DNA of 64,000 nt, taken from assembly GCA_002633005.1 (NCBI GenBank), contig NMRA01000041.1, positions 168,954 to 232,953 of the forward strand. The letters are read 5' to 3'. The DNA is from Phoronis australis. Lineage: Eukaryota; Animalia; Phoronida. The position numbers and the translations under genes were made by a program. Below, in pieces: positions 37,001-50,405 of this stretch (its first letter is position 1; each line of letters begins with the position of its first letter). The notes under the pieces were generated by a model. The model searched no databases. It saw only the letters and a program-made list of their open reading frames with translations, and was not told where the DNA came from.

Positions 37001-39096
37001 AAATAATCTACTTGCCGAGCTAAGGCAAAATAAGTTAAGAGGTCTTATGACTAGGTCGAGAGCAAGATGGATTAAAGAAGGTGAAGAGCCTTCCAAATAT
37101 TTTCTTCACTTGGAAAATAGGCATTACACAAGTAAGTTTATGCCTTTTTTGTGGAAATCTGACAATACTAAAACCAATAGTGAAGAAGAGGTTATTCAGG
37201 AAACCAAAACTTTTTATGAAAATCTATACAAATATACAGTCTAACAATACTTCTTTAAAAACTCTTCTTGATAATGTTTGTGTCTCCAAGTTGAATGAGA
37301 CAGAATAAGAAAAATTAGAAGGTCTTCTTACATATGAAGAAGTCACACAATGCTTGAAAAAAATGAAAAACAACAAAAGACCAGGCTCTGATGGTTTTTC
37401 AGTGGAATTTTTGAACGTGGATAAAACAAAAGCCATATGGTTTGGAAGTAAAACTGGTAGTGATGACGTGATTCCTACAAAAGAAAGTCTGTCTTGGACA
37501 AAATAATCTTTTATATTTTTGGGGGTGGATTTTGACACTCAATTGGATAGTATGACGCATAAGAACTTCACTGCAAGAATAACTGAGATCAAGTCTTTAC
37601 TAAAAAGTTGGAGTCGACGAAATTTAACGCCGTTTGGTAGAGTAACGGTAATTAAAACATTTAGCTATTTCTCAACTTAACTTTTTGTTGTCAAGTTTAC
37701 CAAATCCACCAGTAAAAGTCTTAGGTGAATTGAATACATTTTTTAGATTTGTATGGCAGGCCCGTAATGATAAAATTAAACGAATTACAACCTGTTTAGG
37801 ACTTGATCAAGGGAGAATTCAAATGGTTAATATGCATTCTTTCAGCAAAGCTTTAAAACACGTTATGGCCCGTAGATATCTTGAAAGCCCTGCGTCTAAA
37901 AGTGGTGAATTACTGCACGCACTCTACCCGTTCTTAAAGAATTTTGATTCATTTGGAGATGGCTTTATTAAGTCGAAGTTAACTCTGATTGGTAATTCCT
38001 ACTGGCGCGACGTATTTGGAAGTATGTTATCTTTCTACAAGAAAATAATTGTTGCGAGTAATGAGGACTTTTGAATGAACCTTTGTGGTTTAATAGCAAC
38101 TGGGCGAGCGGAGGCACAGGTGTTTTTATAAGCTTTGGTTTGTAAAAGGCTTAAGATTTATTAGAGATATGTATACCTCTGATGGTGATTTTGTTAGTTT
38201 AAACAATATGAAAAATAGGTTCGATGTGAAAACCAACTTTGTAGAATATAATGGTGTTGTTTCTGTTCTAAGAAGGTTTCAAACAAGTCTATTTCAAAGT
38301 AAATTTAAAAGTGTTAATGTCTACTCTCCTTGCATGCCTTTAGCAATTACTCACTTTCGAAAAGATTTGAAGGGTTGTAGACACATTTGTTCAGTCTTTA
38401 ATGATGTTAAGAAACCTAAGTCAGAGTGTAAATGGGAAATAGAGCTAGGAGATAGTTTAGATTGGAAGAAAATATATGCTTTACCTTACAAAATTACAAA
38501 TGATCCCCATATTAGATGGTTCCAATTTAGAATACTACACAGAATTATTGCAACAAATACCTTTTTAGTCAAAATATGTGTTAGGGATTCTGATTTATGT
38601 TCCTTTTGTAATAAAGCTCCAGAGACGCTGTCGCACCTTTTTTGGGAATGTAGCTTTGTACAAGATTTCTGGAAGGAATTCGGAAAGCTACTTCAAAAGT
38701 GTCGCATTCAGCTTCCCAACCGTCTGTCTTACGATAGTGTTATTCTTGGACTTTACAAGACGCAAGGTTTTCTATTTAACATTTTGCTTCTACTAGCTAA
38801 ACAGTACATTTACAAGGAGAGATGTCACAAAAATATACCTAATTTTCGCAAGTTCGTTACAAAAACTTATGAGTACTATAATGCTGAAAATTAATTGCAT
38901 ATAAAAGCTTTGTATATGACAGCTTCTCTGCGAAATGGGAAAATTTTATTGCTCATGTTAACTACAGGTAGAAGATATTTACTTTAAACGATATACGAGA
39001 ATGGTCTTCCTGAGGTGTGCATGCGTGAATGGATGGTGTACTTAGTTGTTTGTTTGTTTTTGTAATTGTTTGTAAATGATAATAAATGCACAAAAA
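34007..39096 (+). mobile_element. Near full-length degenerate L1/Tx1-clade LINE
   Basis: ORF1 remnant (LEQYSHRNCVVISGI, RSHRLG, IIVKF, IYVNENLT; ~34240-34970). ORF2 remnant with APE endonuclease (SLNCRGL, CLQDTH, SRGVAILF, SRLDFFL, SDH) and C-terminal zinc motif (CSFC..ETLSHLFWEC); RT core deleted at ~37410. AATAAA at 39081 followed by an A-tail. Confidence 0.93.
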
Positions 39097-39520
39097 AGAA
39101 AATACAAGTAAGTGCGAAATTCACAGAGGAATTAAGTTTTAGTTTTGTTGTGAAAAGTACATGTACTTATATGGGGAATTTATTGAAACAGCCTCTCGAA
39201 TTTAAACTCCTTTGTTGTTTCTGCTTGGTCTATTATAGGAAAGTCATTGAAAGAGTATTGCTGATAACAATGATTCAAGCTCTGCAGATGACTACTAACA
39301 TGTGAACCTCTGTCAGAATTTAGATGTGCCCTGGTCCGGGTTTTCAAATGGCGAGCAGTTTCGCCTATATAACTGGAGCCATATCCAGCACAGAAAAAAT
39401 TGTACACTGCCCTGGACTGTAGACCCATAGGAACTTTGTCATTACGATTAAATAAATTGGACAGTCTTAGAGACTTGAATGTCAATACAACTCTTAAGTT
39501 AACACAGTAAAAACTGCTTC
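39097..39520 (-). mobile_element. Penelope-like GIY-YIG remnant (target of the L1; continues at ~33840-34006)
   Basis: AVYNFFCAGYGSSYIGETARHLKTRTRAHL...FPIIDQA; the C-terminal QPTLN..HLNLSL segment lies left of the L1. Confidence 0.8.
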
Positions 39521-39834
39521 AGAAAGGACACCAAAACATGTCAAGACATTTTAAATCCGTTGTTAGTTTTTATTAATTTTAATGTAAAAAGGGCAGTGAC
39601 AATCAGAAAATTAGCTGCGTACGCATATATAGCGTTTGTATACACTATTGTGAATTGTGGGCCGGTGGTTTCTTGTTCAAAATAAAGCTAGAAGTGAACT
39701 CGTAACCTGTGCCGCTATCGTCCAAGTAAACGAAATTATTTACCGGTGTTGGAAAAACCGGCGTTCTACCGCTACTTTACTGCTAAAGTCGTGGAGCGAT
39801 ATTATGCGTCGGCTTTCGGCGCCATGAAATATTG

Positions 39835-42059
39835 CCCATTACGACCAACACTGCGGATAATTATCTCTTATCTGATCTTGTATATCAGTCTCTATTGTGC
39901 CTGCATTGACTTTATTAATAAAGGCTAATTGTGGAGATAGTTACACGGTAGGCTTGGGGTAACAATAGGTATATCTCTGCGTACTAAAGACCAAGCTGCA
40001 CCAGCAGGGAAAGCACTGCTTTCAGCCAAGCTTAGATACCTATGTCTATTTCAGTTGGCAGTGTTTTATACGTGTATAAACATAACTTCATTTCGCTCTG
40101 ATGGCGCGAGACACGGTTATCGCGAGTTTGAGAAGATGGCGGCTGTTGGACGTTGAAACATAACAGAAGGATGGTTTACGAATACCATAGTCATAGCTGG
40201 GGCCAAAACAGAACATTATTTTTTAAACTTAGTTTGGTTTCTTACTGTGTAAAGGCCATCTTTTCTAATGGTGTTCTTTTTGAATTCAAGTTCGTACGCC
40301 ACACGATACAGACTCAGATCTCCCGACAACAGGGAAATAAATAACTGGTATCAATTAAGCATCAGGGACAGGCGCTCAGGGGAAGCACTGCTGAGGATAA
40401 TTACCTCTTATCTGATTTTGCATAGCTGTCTCTATTTTGCCTGCATTGACTTTCATAATAAAGGGCCATTGTGGAGATATTTACACTGTAGACTTGGGTA
40501 ACAATAAGTACACCTCTGCCTGTTCGTTAAGACCAAGCTACACCAGTAGGGACAGAACTACTTTCCGCCAAGTTTAGACACTTATGCCTATTTCAGTTGG
40601 CAGTGTTTTATACTGTAAATGTAAATCTTCATTTCTCTCATCGGATAGAATGAGACACACTTATCCCAAGTAAGAGAAGATGGCGGCTGTTGGAAGTTTA
40701 AACGTTTGAAACGTACATAGCAAAAGGATGTTTTACGAATACCATAATCATAGCTGGGGCCAAAACAGAACATTATTTTTTAAACTTAATTGGTTTCCTT
40801 ACTGTGCAAAGGCCATCTATTCTAATAGTGTCAAACTTCTTTTTTGAATTCAAGTTCGTACGCCACACGATGCATCGTATGAGCTGAGTCTCAGTACTCC
40901 CGATAATTCAGAAATAAATAACTGCATGGTATCAATTAAGGATACTCCACAAAAAAATAATACTTTGGACCTGTCTACACTCAGTACTGATGAATTTCTC
41001 TAGTTAGTATTTTCCGACAAAAGGTTTAGCCCATCGCTTGGTTGCACCCTATAAGTCAGATAACTAATACAGCTTTCTCCCGAATCCTAGATAAGCCATG
41101 TGGACAACAGCCTTAGAGAAGAACAAATCTTGCATAACTCATTTATTTAGCTCTAAACCGGATCTGAACTTCTGAGAAGGATTCGAAAGATGACAGAGCT
41201 GCCACTGACGGAGAATTTGAGTTTTATATTGAATACCAGTGGTTCATTGTTCACAAGCAAAAGTATTCATAAAACACTCAAGAACGAGTGAGTCGATTCT
41301 GGTTATAGTCAGTAACGTCGCTGTTTATGCTCGTGTGAATTTCTTGTCAGCAATAACGATCACAAATCTGCGCGCAAGTTCAAACTGTCTGAGACCTCAT
41401 AAATTCTAAGATTTCGGACACCATCGATTTTGCCGACTTTCTCATATTTCACGAATTTCGGACGGCCAATGTTGCCTATTTCTAATACTTCGAACAGGTT
41501 CTGACATTACCCGGTTATCAATGCGCGCGAAAATAGTTCTAAGCGAATTGAAAATGAGCAGCATTCTTTCAACAGAGCGACGTGCATAGCGTATAAATGT
41601 CCACATTCATTTGTTGACAAACCTAAAAATATGATTCAAGCCGTGTAACGTGCGTATTAATGCCTCAATGGTAAATGGTCACAAGTTTTGTTTTGATTCT
41701 CGGCAAGCTGTTTATCACTTTTCGCCGTTCAACGACTGCATGTGATCGATTTTAATCAAAATTTTGTATTATGGAACTAAAATTTTAAATAGATGCCTAA
41801 ATGGTCATATATGTAAATTCTATTCTGACGTCTTCTCAAGGCGTGGTCAATGTTTACGTAATACTCTGGAGAGAGTTTACTTTAACCAAGAAGAAAAAGG
41901 GTACTGAACAAGCGATTTGTGCGGTTCGCTGGCTCACTATAGAGCTATTGTTAGGAAGCCTTTGTCATGAGCTACAGCGGGGGGGGGGGAGGGGCGAGTN
42001 NNNNNNNNNNNNNNNNGGAAAGGGGAGCGGTCGCTCTCTAAGCAGGCTGACCCTCATGG
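39835..42059. mobile_element. Non-autonomous DNA element with a ~540-bp internal tandem duplication
   Basis: Interrupts A/B homology (39830 and 42067 are contiguous in copy B at ~59915); units at ~39848 and ~40386; CCCAT-type ends. Confidence 0.55.
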
Positions 42060-42180
42060 CGTTACCTATTGGCCAGTTTCTTTTCCCCCAAATAGTCTTC
42101 CACAAGGTTGCGTACATGTTACAACATCTTACTGGAACTGGTTTCATTTCGTTACACGTTTTTAGTATTTTAATACCACC

Positions 42181-44207
42181 TGTAGGAGCCATAGCTTCAG
42201 AACACACGGGGTAGTCGAATAAGATACGTTTATTCAGCCAAGAAAAAGTTGCACTGTCAATCCGACAAGACGGTTTCATTGAAGCAATTATAATGGAATA
42301 ATAAGTAAAATCTCGGGAAATACACTCACGTTCCAATTCACTGAATAAGATACAAGGTAAAACAACATGTGCTTACAAAAAGCGAACTTACAGTGATTGG
42401 ATGTAGGCTCCACGAAGAACATCGTTAGCGTTGTAACCGTCAGTATAGCGGTTCATGTCAATAAGCCCGGATCAGTATAGAAGCCTGTTTACACAGGTAT
42501 CATTACGCATCCCTACGCACTCAAAAATAAAATTGTGCATCAATTAACTCCCCCCCCTGTAGACTACAAAGTTTACATATCAAAAAAGTTTTCATATCAA
42601 GTAATCGAACCAATAAATCAGAAATCAAACATCTGACAAAAGTAACACAAGCTTAGCTATGGGTCTACTGAGAGACGTAAACTGAGTTTTTACTTTAACA
42701 ACTCTAACTAGTCCATCACTCAGTGCCTGGAAACAGCTCCACCACACGAGCCACCTTCCAAGAATTCTGCGGAACGTTATCGCCAACAATTGTTACAATT
42801 CACCATTAATTTGTAGCTGTCATGGTTCCATCAATAAATCTCCAACCCTCAGTTCACGGTCAGATCCGCAAAAATTCGTTCCATTATCGCAGCGGATTTC
42901 TTTCACCTATCTGACCTATAAGACCGTCGACGGAGAGAATTTATAAAGGAGCTCACATCGTGGTTTCTAGAAAATTCTACGGGAACAGCTCGCATACACG
43001 TAATGACAACTGCATATCGCTTGCATTCGCGTTGTCCTTCTTTCACTGTAAATGGTCCCAGACAATCAACGCCCGTCCGAGCAAAGGCGGGGATGTCAGG
43101 AGACACTCTATCTGCAGGCAAGTCGGACATTTTCTGGCACGACGCTGAAACTTGCAGGCGTTTGCATATAACACACTGTCGCAGAATTCGTCGAACATTT
43201 GAGTTGGCGTGGGTACCTTTCGCATGGTTTCTTCCATGTCCCAACTTCTCGTGTGCATCGCGTATAAATCAGTAATCAAGTCACTTAAGTGACTTTTCTT
43301 GGGGAGAGTCGACGTTCCGTTAAAGCTATCTCAGCTCGCTTCAACTTTCCTCCAACAATCAGAACGCCGTTAGCACCAAGCGCAGGATTGAGGGATAAGG
43401 GCTTGCTCTTGAAAATTTCCCGCTACTCTTCAGCGCTGAAATATCTGACGGAAATTCTGAACACTTTTGATGATCACCTTTCTTGCAACGTTAAGATGAT
43501 CAACACTCAGTTGAGCGTTCTGGCAATCGAACTCCGTCTTGCGACCCCTTCGACTGTCAATAAAACGTGCCATCTTTCGCGGATCATGTACATTCATGGC
43601 AATTTCAGCCTCGACAACCTTAGTTGTCTGCAGCCCATCTACGCAATAACCACACACATCCCTGTGTCAGCTTATACCACCCTTGAGCACTGTTGGATTA
43701 GAACAGTCAGCGGATCTCCAGGGAGGCAGTGCACGTACCCGACAATTAACTCGACTTTGACCTCAGGGTCACTATCGGGGAAACTTGTGACGACAGTCTA
43801 CATTGGCCAGTTGGGTTCCGTCTTCCACAAGAATTCGGGTCCGCTCAACCAGCACGTGTTATTCAGCTAGTTCTCAGCACTAGTACCTCGAGTCATGCTA
43901 CATGTACGTCTGCTGGGTTTATGGTTGTTTCCACGTATCGCCATTGACTGGGAGCGACTTGTCACGAATCTGGCTGATTCTGTTGGCAACGAACACTTTG
44001 AATTGTCTGGCACCTAGCGCAACACTATCATGCTGTCCGTCCAAAATATGACATCGTCAACAGGAAACTCATTTTCCATCATTCTGCCAATACGGGCGGC
44101 AACAGTTGCAGCGGTAAGTTCGAACCTGGGAATGGTGATAGGCTTACTAAGCGGAGCGCGTCTTGACTTCGCCATCAGCAAAGAACAATGTACATGTCCA
44201 GTCATTC
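42181..44207 (-). mobile_element. BEL/Pao LTR retrotransposon, 3' part (RNaseH/peptidase A17 region, integrase remnants, 3' LTR ~42181-42548)
   Basis: HCSLLMAKSRRAP..TIPRFELTAA, WTDSMIVL, CVICKR..QKMSDLP.DRV, GVDCLGPF; G-rich PPT at 42549-42558; LTR ends ACA on the minus strand. Confidence 0.9.
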
Positions 44208-47200
44208 TAGGGACCCAGAGGGCCCAGCCTAGAATAAATTGTAAAAGAAGTTTTTTGCATAAAATGCATCTTCAAACATCTCTTCGTGCCAGAAAAAAGT
44301 TTACCAAAATCGGAGTAGCAGGTCGGTTTTTCAAGATGGCGGAAATAATGGCCGCCAAAACCGGCATTTACTGCTTTCTGGCTTGTTACTCTTATGTAAC
44401 AGCTGGAAATTAAACAATAAAGTTTGTAATTAATAGCATACTTTCATAACAGGCATATCAACCAAAATATGCCAATTTTCCGTGAATTAAAACCAATACG
44501 ACCGACAAAATGGCGGCCGAAACGGCAATTTGGTACATGTTGCAAGATTTCTTTTTTATATTTAGCCCTGAAAATGGCGAAATTTCTATGGTTTTGTCAA
44601 AGTTCGACAATTGAAAATATCTGGACCTTACAGTTAGTCACTGGTTAGAGCGAAAAAATCAAGATGACTGACAAAATGGCCACCAACTCACAAACCCTAA
44701 CTTACCACATGTACGTCCTGCAATTGTAACATGATAAGCGTTTACACATTTTACAATCAACAGTCACGCTTAATGAATTAATTGTTTCTATAATTTGTTT
44801 TAAAGATTTAGATACTTAAGGTGGAATTTTAATCACATTTTAGATCATTTAAAGTTTGGTTAAATTTTCATAGTAAATTTCACACACCCAATTATTTTTC
44901 GGTAAAATATATTCATTTGAGGTATCAAAAATAACATTTGTTCGAAAAGTATGTAATTCTGGTGAAATTAGTGGGTTATTCATTACAACAAAGCTGAATC
45001 AAATTGGGCAGGAAGTGACTTTGCTCTCTGCTATTGGAGTTATTATTAGTTGTACCCAAGCAATGATTTCGTCGATCTGTTGCTGACATGAATGGAGAAT
45101 CTGGCTGCTGATTTCACCTGAATTTGATGAACAAAAAATAAAATTGTGTACCATTCATTACTCAAAATTGGTTTAATATGCATGCTTTTTAGGGACATAG
45201 ATACATGTAAATGATTTTAGAGGAAATTAGTGCCAGCAAACCAAACGACAGTGATCTGCAGTCACTTGTTCTTGTGTGGATGGAGCAGTGAGTGGGCATA
45301 TGTTGGTAGACTCAGCACTGAATGCTATCATAACAACCAGAGCATTCAACATTCCACTTCCAAATATTAACAGATCAAGTAACGCCAATCCAGAACCAGC
45401 GACTTTAGGATTTGAAGAAAGAACTTACGGTTCTTCAGAAAATCCATGAGTCCCGAATGTCACCAACACAGAACACACAGATTCCGTGCCAAGAAGTGGA
45501 GCAATACAATGCTTGTACACAAACGTTGGCTCGTAAGAATATATGGAGATAGATTCTTCAGACATCCCAACTGATCACATAACTGGATGCATATGCTGGG
45601 ACATGCAATGCACAGACAATGTCTTCCGATTCTGAACCATAATTGGATTAAAGTGGAATACCCTCACGAGAATTCACTTCTGGTTTTCGACCTACTGCCA
45701 CTAGTATATTCAAACACTGAATCAGAATATAGGTCTTCAGAATTCGCAGTGACAGAGAATGGTTCGTTACTAGAGAAGAATCAATGGCCACTGATATACT
45801 TGATGATGATTTGAAAGCTAGTCTGAAGCTGTATGATGATGTTATTGCTGGCATGACGTCTGTGTGCGCCGACGTATGCTCCGCGTCGGAGTGTCTTGTA
45901 GCAATCCGTAAAAAATCGAAGCACATAAATCAGATAGTCCTTGCAAAGTGGAACCATTAGTCTTTGGCTACAGTATATGAAAATGGTTGACACCCTTCGA
46001 CCACTTTTTCTAAAAGCCGAAATAACGTCAGATTGGGAACTTCACCTAAAAACAGTTTCTGAAATACTGCCTTACTTTGCAGAAGATGGTCACAACTTAT
46101 ATGCAAAATCTGCATACATATACTTGCAGCAGATGCAGCAATTCAAAGACACCCGTCCAGATGTCTATAGCACCTTTGTTAAGGCCACCACGCCATAAGA
46201 CGAAGTGACAGATCCTGGGAAGGCTCCATAGTGTCACACTAATAACACTGTAAACGCTCCTGAAAACTATTAAATCAACAGGAGGTTCAACTAGATGTTG
46301 CGGAATGGTAGATACGCAGCGTGTACAGTGGCTGCTTTCCTTGCCGGCATGGTCAAGTATAAATGATACCATGCAGAGTGTGACAAATTTGAGTTGTGAA
46401 ACAAGTGAGCAGCATAAAGAATGTACCCAGGCAAGGTAGTCGCGTGATGACAAAGGCATCCTCCGCCTTGTTGCATTCCTCCACAACAGAAACCTATTTG
46501 AAAGGGAAATATTACAGAAGGTCGCCACTTGTGTGACTGCAGGTATATGCGTCAATGCCGAAAATGCTAGAGAAGTGAGGAAGGCGATTCATATGGAGGG
46601 GGCAAGTGTGAACTTCACATTCATAAAGAAAGACAAGGTTGTGGCAATGACAAGTCCACCAGTTCATGTTGCAAATAGTAATTGTTCGCAAATGGATCCA
46701 CAACTGCTATTTCATCGATTACTGACAGCTGTAAACGACAACAGTGAAAGTTCACCAAGCCTTTTGAAGTTTAAGCTGTGCGTTGGTTCCTCCGTTCTTT
46801 TTGATACACCTGGATATCCCAGTGTCTCTAGTAAATCAATATTAGCTGATGCACTATGGTCCAGTGGGGGACTACCTGAGGATTACCAATTTCCAGAAAA
46901 CACGGTGATGCATGTAATCGACGGCGGTTCTCTCCTTCACCGTATATCACGACCTAGAGGTGCAACGTTTCAGTCAGTTGGTAGAGCTATGTGGATTACG
47001 TCAGCATGTACACCAAGCCTACTGTTGTTGTCGATGGTTATGAAGGTGGCCCATCAACTAAAGATGTCTCCCATGTTCGAAGACTGGGTGGGATGGGGTG
47101 GTTGGAACTGAAGTTCATTTCAATGGTGACATGGTGATCAAGTCAAAGAAGAAACAATTTTGGCAAAGAGCCCATGATGATTGACCAGCCAGCAGCACCA

Positions 47201-50200
47201 GAGAACCTGCTGAAAGTAGCAAGATGATCGTGCGAGACCAAATGAAGTTCCAGATGTATTTGCAAGAAGTTAGGATTGTCGTGCTCCGGCGGATGCATGT
47301 AGAGAATGCCGTGGTATAAGCTGCAGCAATTCATTCTCAGTTGACAGAGATTAGTTGTGTAAAATACTGGCTGATTGTGTATAGGGACTAAGAATGACTG
47401 CTTCAGACAGACTTGTAACATCACTAAAGAGAACCCTAGTGGGAGCTGTACAAGCGCTTAAATTGCTGGATTCACTAGCATTTACAACTAACTGGAAGTG
47501 ACACATACAGTGTGGTCAGTACACTAAATTAATCGCAGAGAATTATTTTCGATACAACACATTTTTCAGGAGAATGACCCTCAAGTCCAGGCGAACCTGA
47601 TGTTTTTCACCTAATTAAGTTATTAATCGTTTAACAATCTTGAAAATGGTAGTCGTAATCATTAGAGCCAGAGAAAAATTATTTTAATGGACATGTTGAC
47701 CTAAAAACTCAGGGTACTGAAATCTGTGAAGATGGCGTGTCTCTGGAATCTGAAGTTCTTAAACGAAGCAACTTTTCTGTGGCCATCTTAGAAAATGGTG
47801 GAAGTAACCATTAGAGCCAAACGTAATGAGTCTCCATGGATTAGTCGACCCAGAAAACCTATGGCGCAATGTTTGAAGCAAGACGACATACTAACCTGTT
47901 CCTGCGAAGTTGTGCGACTTCAAGTAGTTTTGGAGGCCATCTTGGGTAATTGGAGGACGGTGTCACCTCAGCTATGCAAAACTATTTCCAATGGATTTGT
48001 TGACCCATAAAAGATAGGTAAACCTTTTTGAATATTTACTCTATTACATTCCACTCTCGAGTTACAATAGTCGTCTGCAAATCTGGTGGCCATTTTGTCC
48101 GCGATCTTGAAAATTGTGGAAGTAATCATTAGAGCCAAATGCAATGAGTATCAATGGATTAGTCGACCCAGAAAACCTATGATGCAATGTTTGAAGCACG
48201 ACGACACACTAATCTGTTCATGCGAAGTTGCACGATAGTCCACGTAGTTTTGGCGACCATCTTGGAAAATGGAGGACGGTGTAATCACCAATGAGATAAA
48301 TATAACTAGAGTTGACATCACGTGGTTTTCGTTGTGCGAAGTGGTCCGCCATCTTGCTGATGGACGATAGTGGGGCGTCGTGCCCGTGTATTGTGTAGCA
48401 TTTAACTGCAGTTTTTAAAATGACCGGACACTTAGGACCAATTATGTAATTTTTGGCCTTTTGAGCTTTCAATGATGGAATTTGTTTGAATTCCTGGCCA
48501 AAATTTCTGAAAAGGAGTGGATGGTCGTTGATGATTTTTTAAATGAAAAAATAATTATTTGTATTTTTCTTAGTTCGCATATAATCATACCTTAGAAGCC
48601 CTGTGCAACTGTGTTTTGAACTGAAAATATAATTAAAATAAAACAACATTGCAGGGGAGATTTAATAGCAGAAACAATTGTTCAGCTCATTTAGTCCCTA
48701 TAAATATGTGTCAAGTTTTTAGTATTAACTTGCCAAAGTAAAAAACATGAAATGAGTTGAACCCTGAAGTCGACATTAGCAAACCATGTTCTTCAGCAGT
48801 GGCCAGCTCGAATGGATTCATCAACAGGAAATGGACTTAGCTTGTTACTGTGTCTGTTATGTTACCTTAGTCCATTGTCTACAAGCTGTCAGATTAGNNN
48901 NNNNNNNNNNNNNNNNNNNNNNNNNNNNNNNNNNNNNNNNNNNNNNNNNNNNNNNNNNNNNNNNNNNNNNNNNNNNNNNNNNNNNNNNNNNNNNNNNNNN
49001 NNNNNNNNNNNNNNNNNNNNNNNNNNNNNNNNNNNNNNNNNNNNNNNNNNNNNNNNNNNNNNNNNNNNNNNNNNNNNNNNNNNNNNNNNNNNNNNNNNNN
49101 NNNNNNNNNNNNNNNNNNNNNNNNNNNNNNNNNNNNNNNNNNNNNNNNNNNNNNNNNNNNNNNNNNNNNNNNNNNNNNNNNNNNNNNNNNNNNNNNNNNN
49201 NNNNNNNNNNNNNNNNNNNNNNNNNNNNNNNNNNNNNNNNNNNNNNNNNNNNNNNNNNNNNNNNNNNNNNNNNNNNNNNNNNNNNNNNNNNNNNNNNNNN
49301 NNNNNNNNNNNNNNNNNNNNNNNNNNNNNNNNNNNNNNNNNNNNNNNNNNNNNNNNNNNNNNNNNNNNNNNNNNNNNNNNNNNNNNNNNNNNNNNNNNNN
49401 NNNNNNNNNNNNNNNNNNNNNNNNNNNNNNNNNNNNNNNNNNNNNNNNNNNNNNNNNNNNNNNNNNNNNNNNNNNNNNNNNNNNNNNNNNNNNNNNNNNN
49501 NNNNNNNNNNNNNNNNNNNNNNNNNNNNNNNNNNNNNNNNNNNNNNNNNNNNNNNNNNNNNNNNNNNNNNNNNNNNNNNNNNNNNNNNNNNNNNNNNNNN
49601 NNNNNNNNNNNNNNNNNNNNNNNNNNNNNNNNNNNNNNNNNNNNNNNNNNNNNNNNNNNNNNNNNNNNNNNNNNNNNNNNNNNNNNNNNNNNNNNNNNNN
49701 NNNNNNNNNNNNNNNNNNNNNNNNNNNNNNNNNNNNNNNNNNNTGTGGCTATTATGAAAGTCATCGAGGTATTTTTAAACTATTATAAAGTATATGCGCT
49801 GCAATTCGTAAACTGGCAAGAGATCCCAGGGCATAACGGCAGCTATTCACGGTCAAATAATTGGGAAATTATTTTTTTCTCGGCCTTATCATGACCGTTT
49901 AAGCAACGCAAGGGTCACGTATTTACGTTGCTTTATGTTAACAACATTTTAAAACCTCTTTAGTATTCAAAATTTCAAATTTTATTCTAAAAATTGCCCG
50001 GCTTCCATAAGGCCACCGTGCTTTTGTTTACAAATCGTCCATCATCAATATGGCGGACCGCGTGTCACGCGCTGTCTGGCTTGCGAGTATTGTCGTGTCA
50101 TCTCTATGTATATAGCTCATTGGTAATCACAGCCATGCAATACTATTTCCAATGGATTTGTTGACACACAAAAGATAGGTAAACCTTTTTGAATTTTTAC

Positions 50201-50405
50201 TCTATTACATTCCACTCTCGAGTTATAATGGTGAACTACAAATCTGGCCGCCATTTTGTCCGCCATCTTGAAAAACCAACTTCTGCCACTCCGATTCCTG
50301 TAGACTTTTTTTCACACACTAAGGGATGTCAGAGGATGCGATTTATGCAATAACACCTTTTGTTGCATTTTTTCGGGTCATTCGTAGAATACGTTCTGAG
50401 TCGTT
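44208..50405 (+). mobile_element. Degenerate Academ DNA transposon
   Basis: TAG start; long imperfect TIRs (44235-44365 vs 50240-50380). Transposase remnants LWLQYMKMV..DWELHL..GHNLYAKSA, DPQLLFHRL, XPG-like HVIDGGSLLH, and a C-terminal Cys-rich CxC segment. ~330-bp subterminal repeats. Confidence 0.85.
48289..50122. mobile_element. Non-autonomous P-element-type DNA transposon nested in the Academ (spans a gap)
   Basis: TIR CAATGAG.TA.ATA.A.TAGAG.TGACA at both ends; 8-bp TSD GTAATCAC at 48281-48288 and 50123-50130. Confidence 0.75.

Larger units (their letters stand above)
14715..42180. repeat. Segmental tandem duplication unit A (paralogous to 50816..~60038)
   Basis: Colinear similarity across 3'UTR, introns, exons and 5' flank. 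Starts GTTCTGGGGTCTGACCAG at 14715 and 50816; last match 42067-42180 vs 59920-60038. Confidence 0.9.

Noticed and set aside
43289-43870. 193-aa plus-strand ORF
   Set aside because: Antisense shadow of the BEL/Pao pol remnant.
48786-49894. Long ORFs of 291-360 aa (also ORFs near 7.0 and 28.5 kb)
   Set aside because: They consist of N-gap translation.
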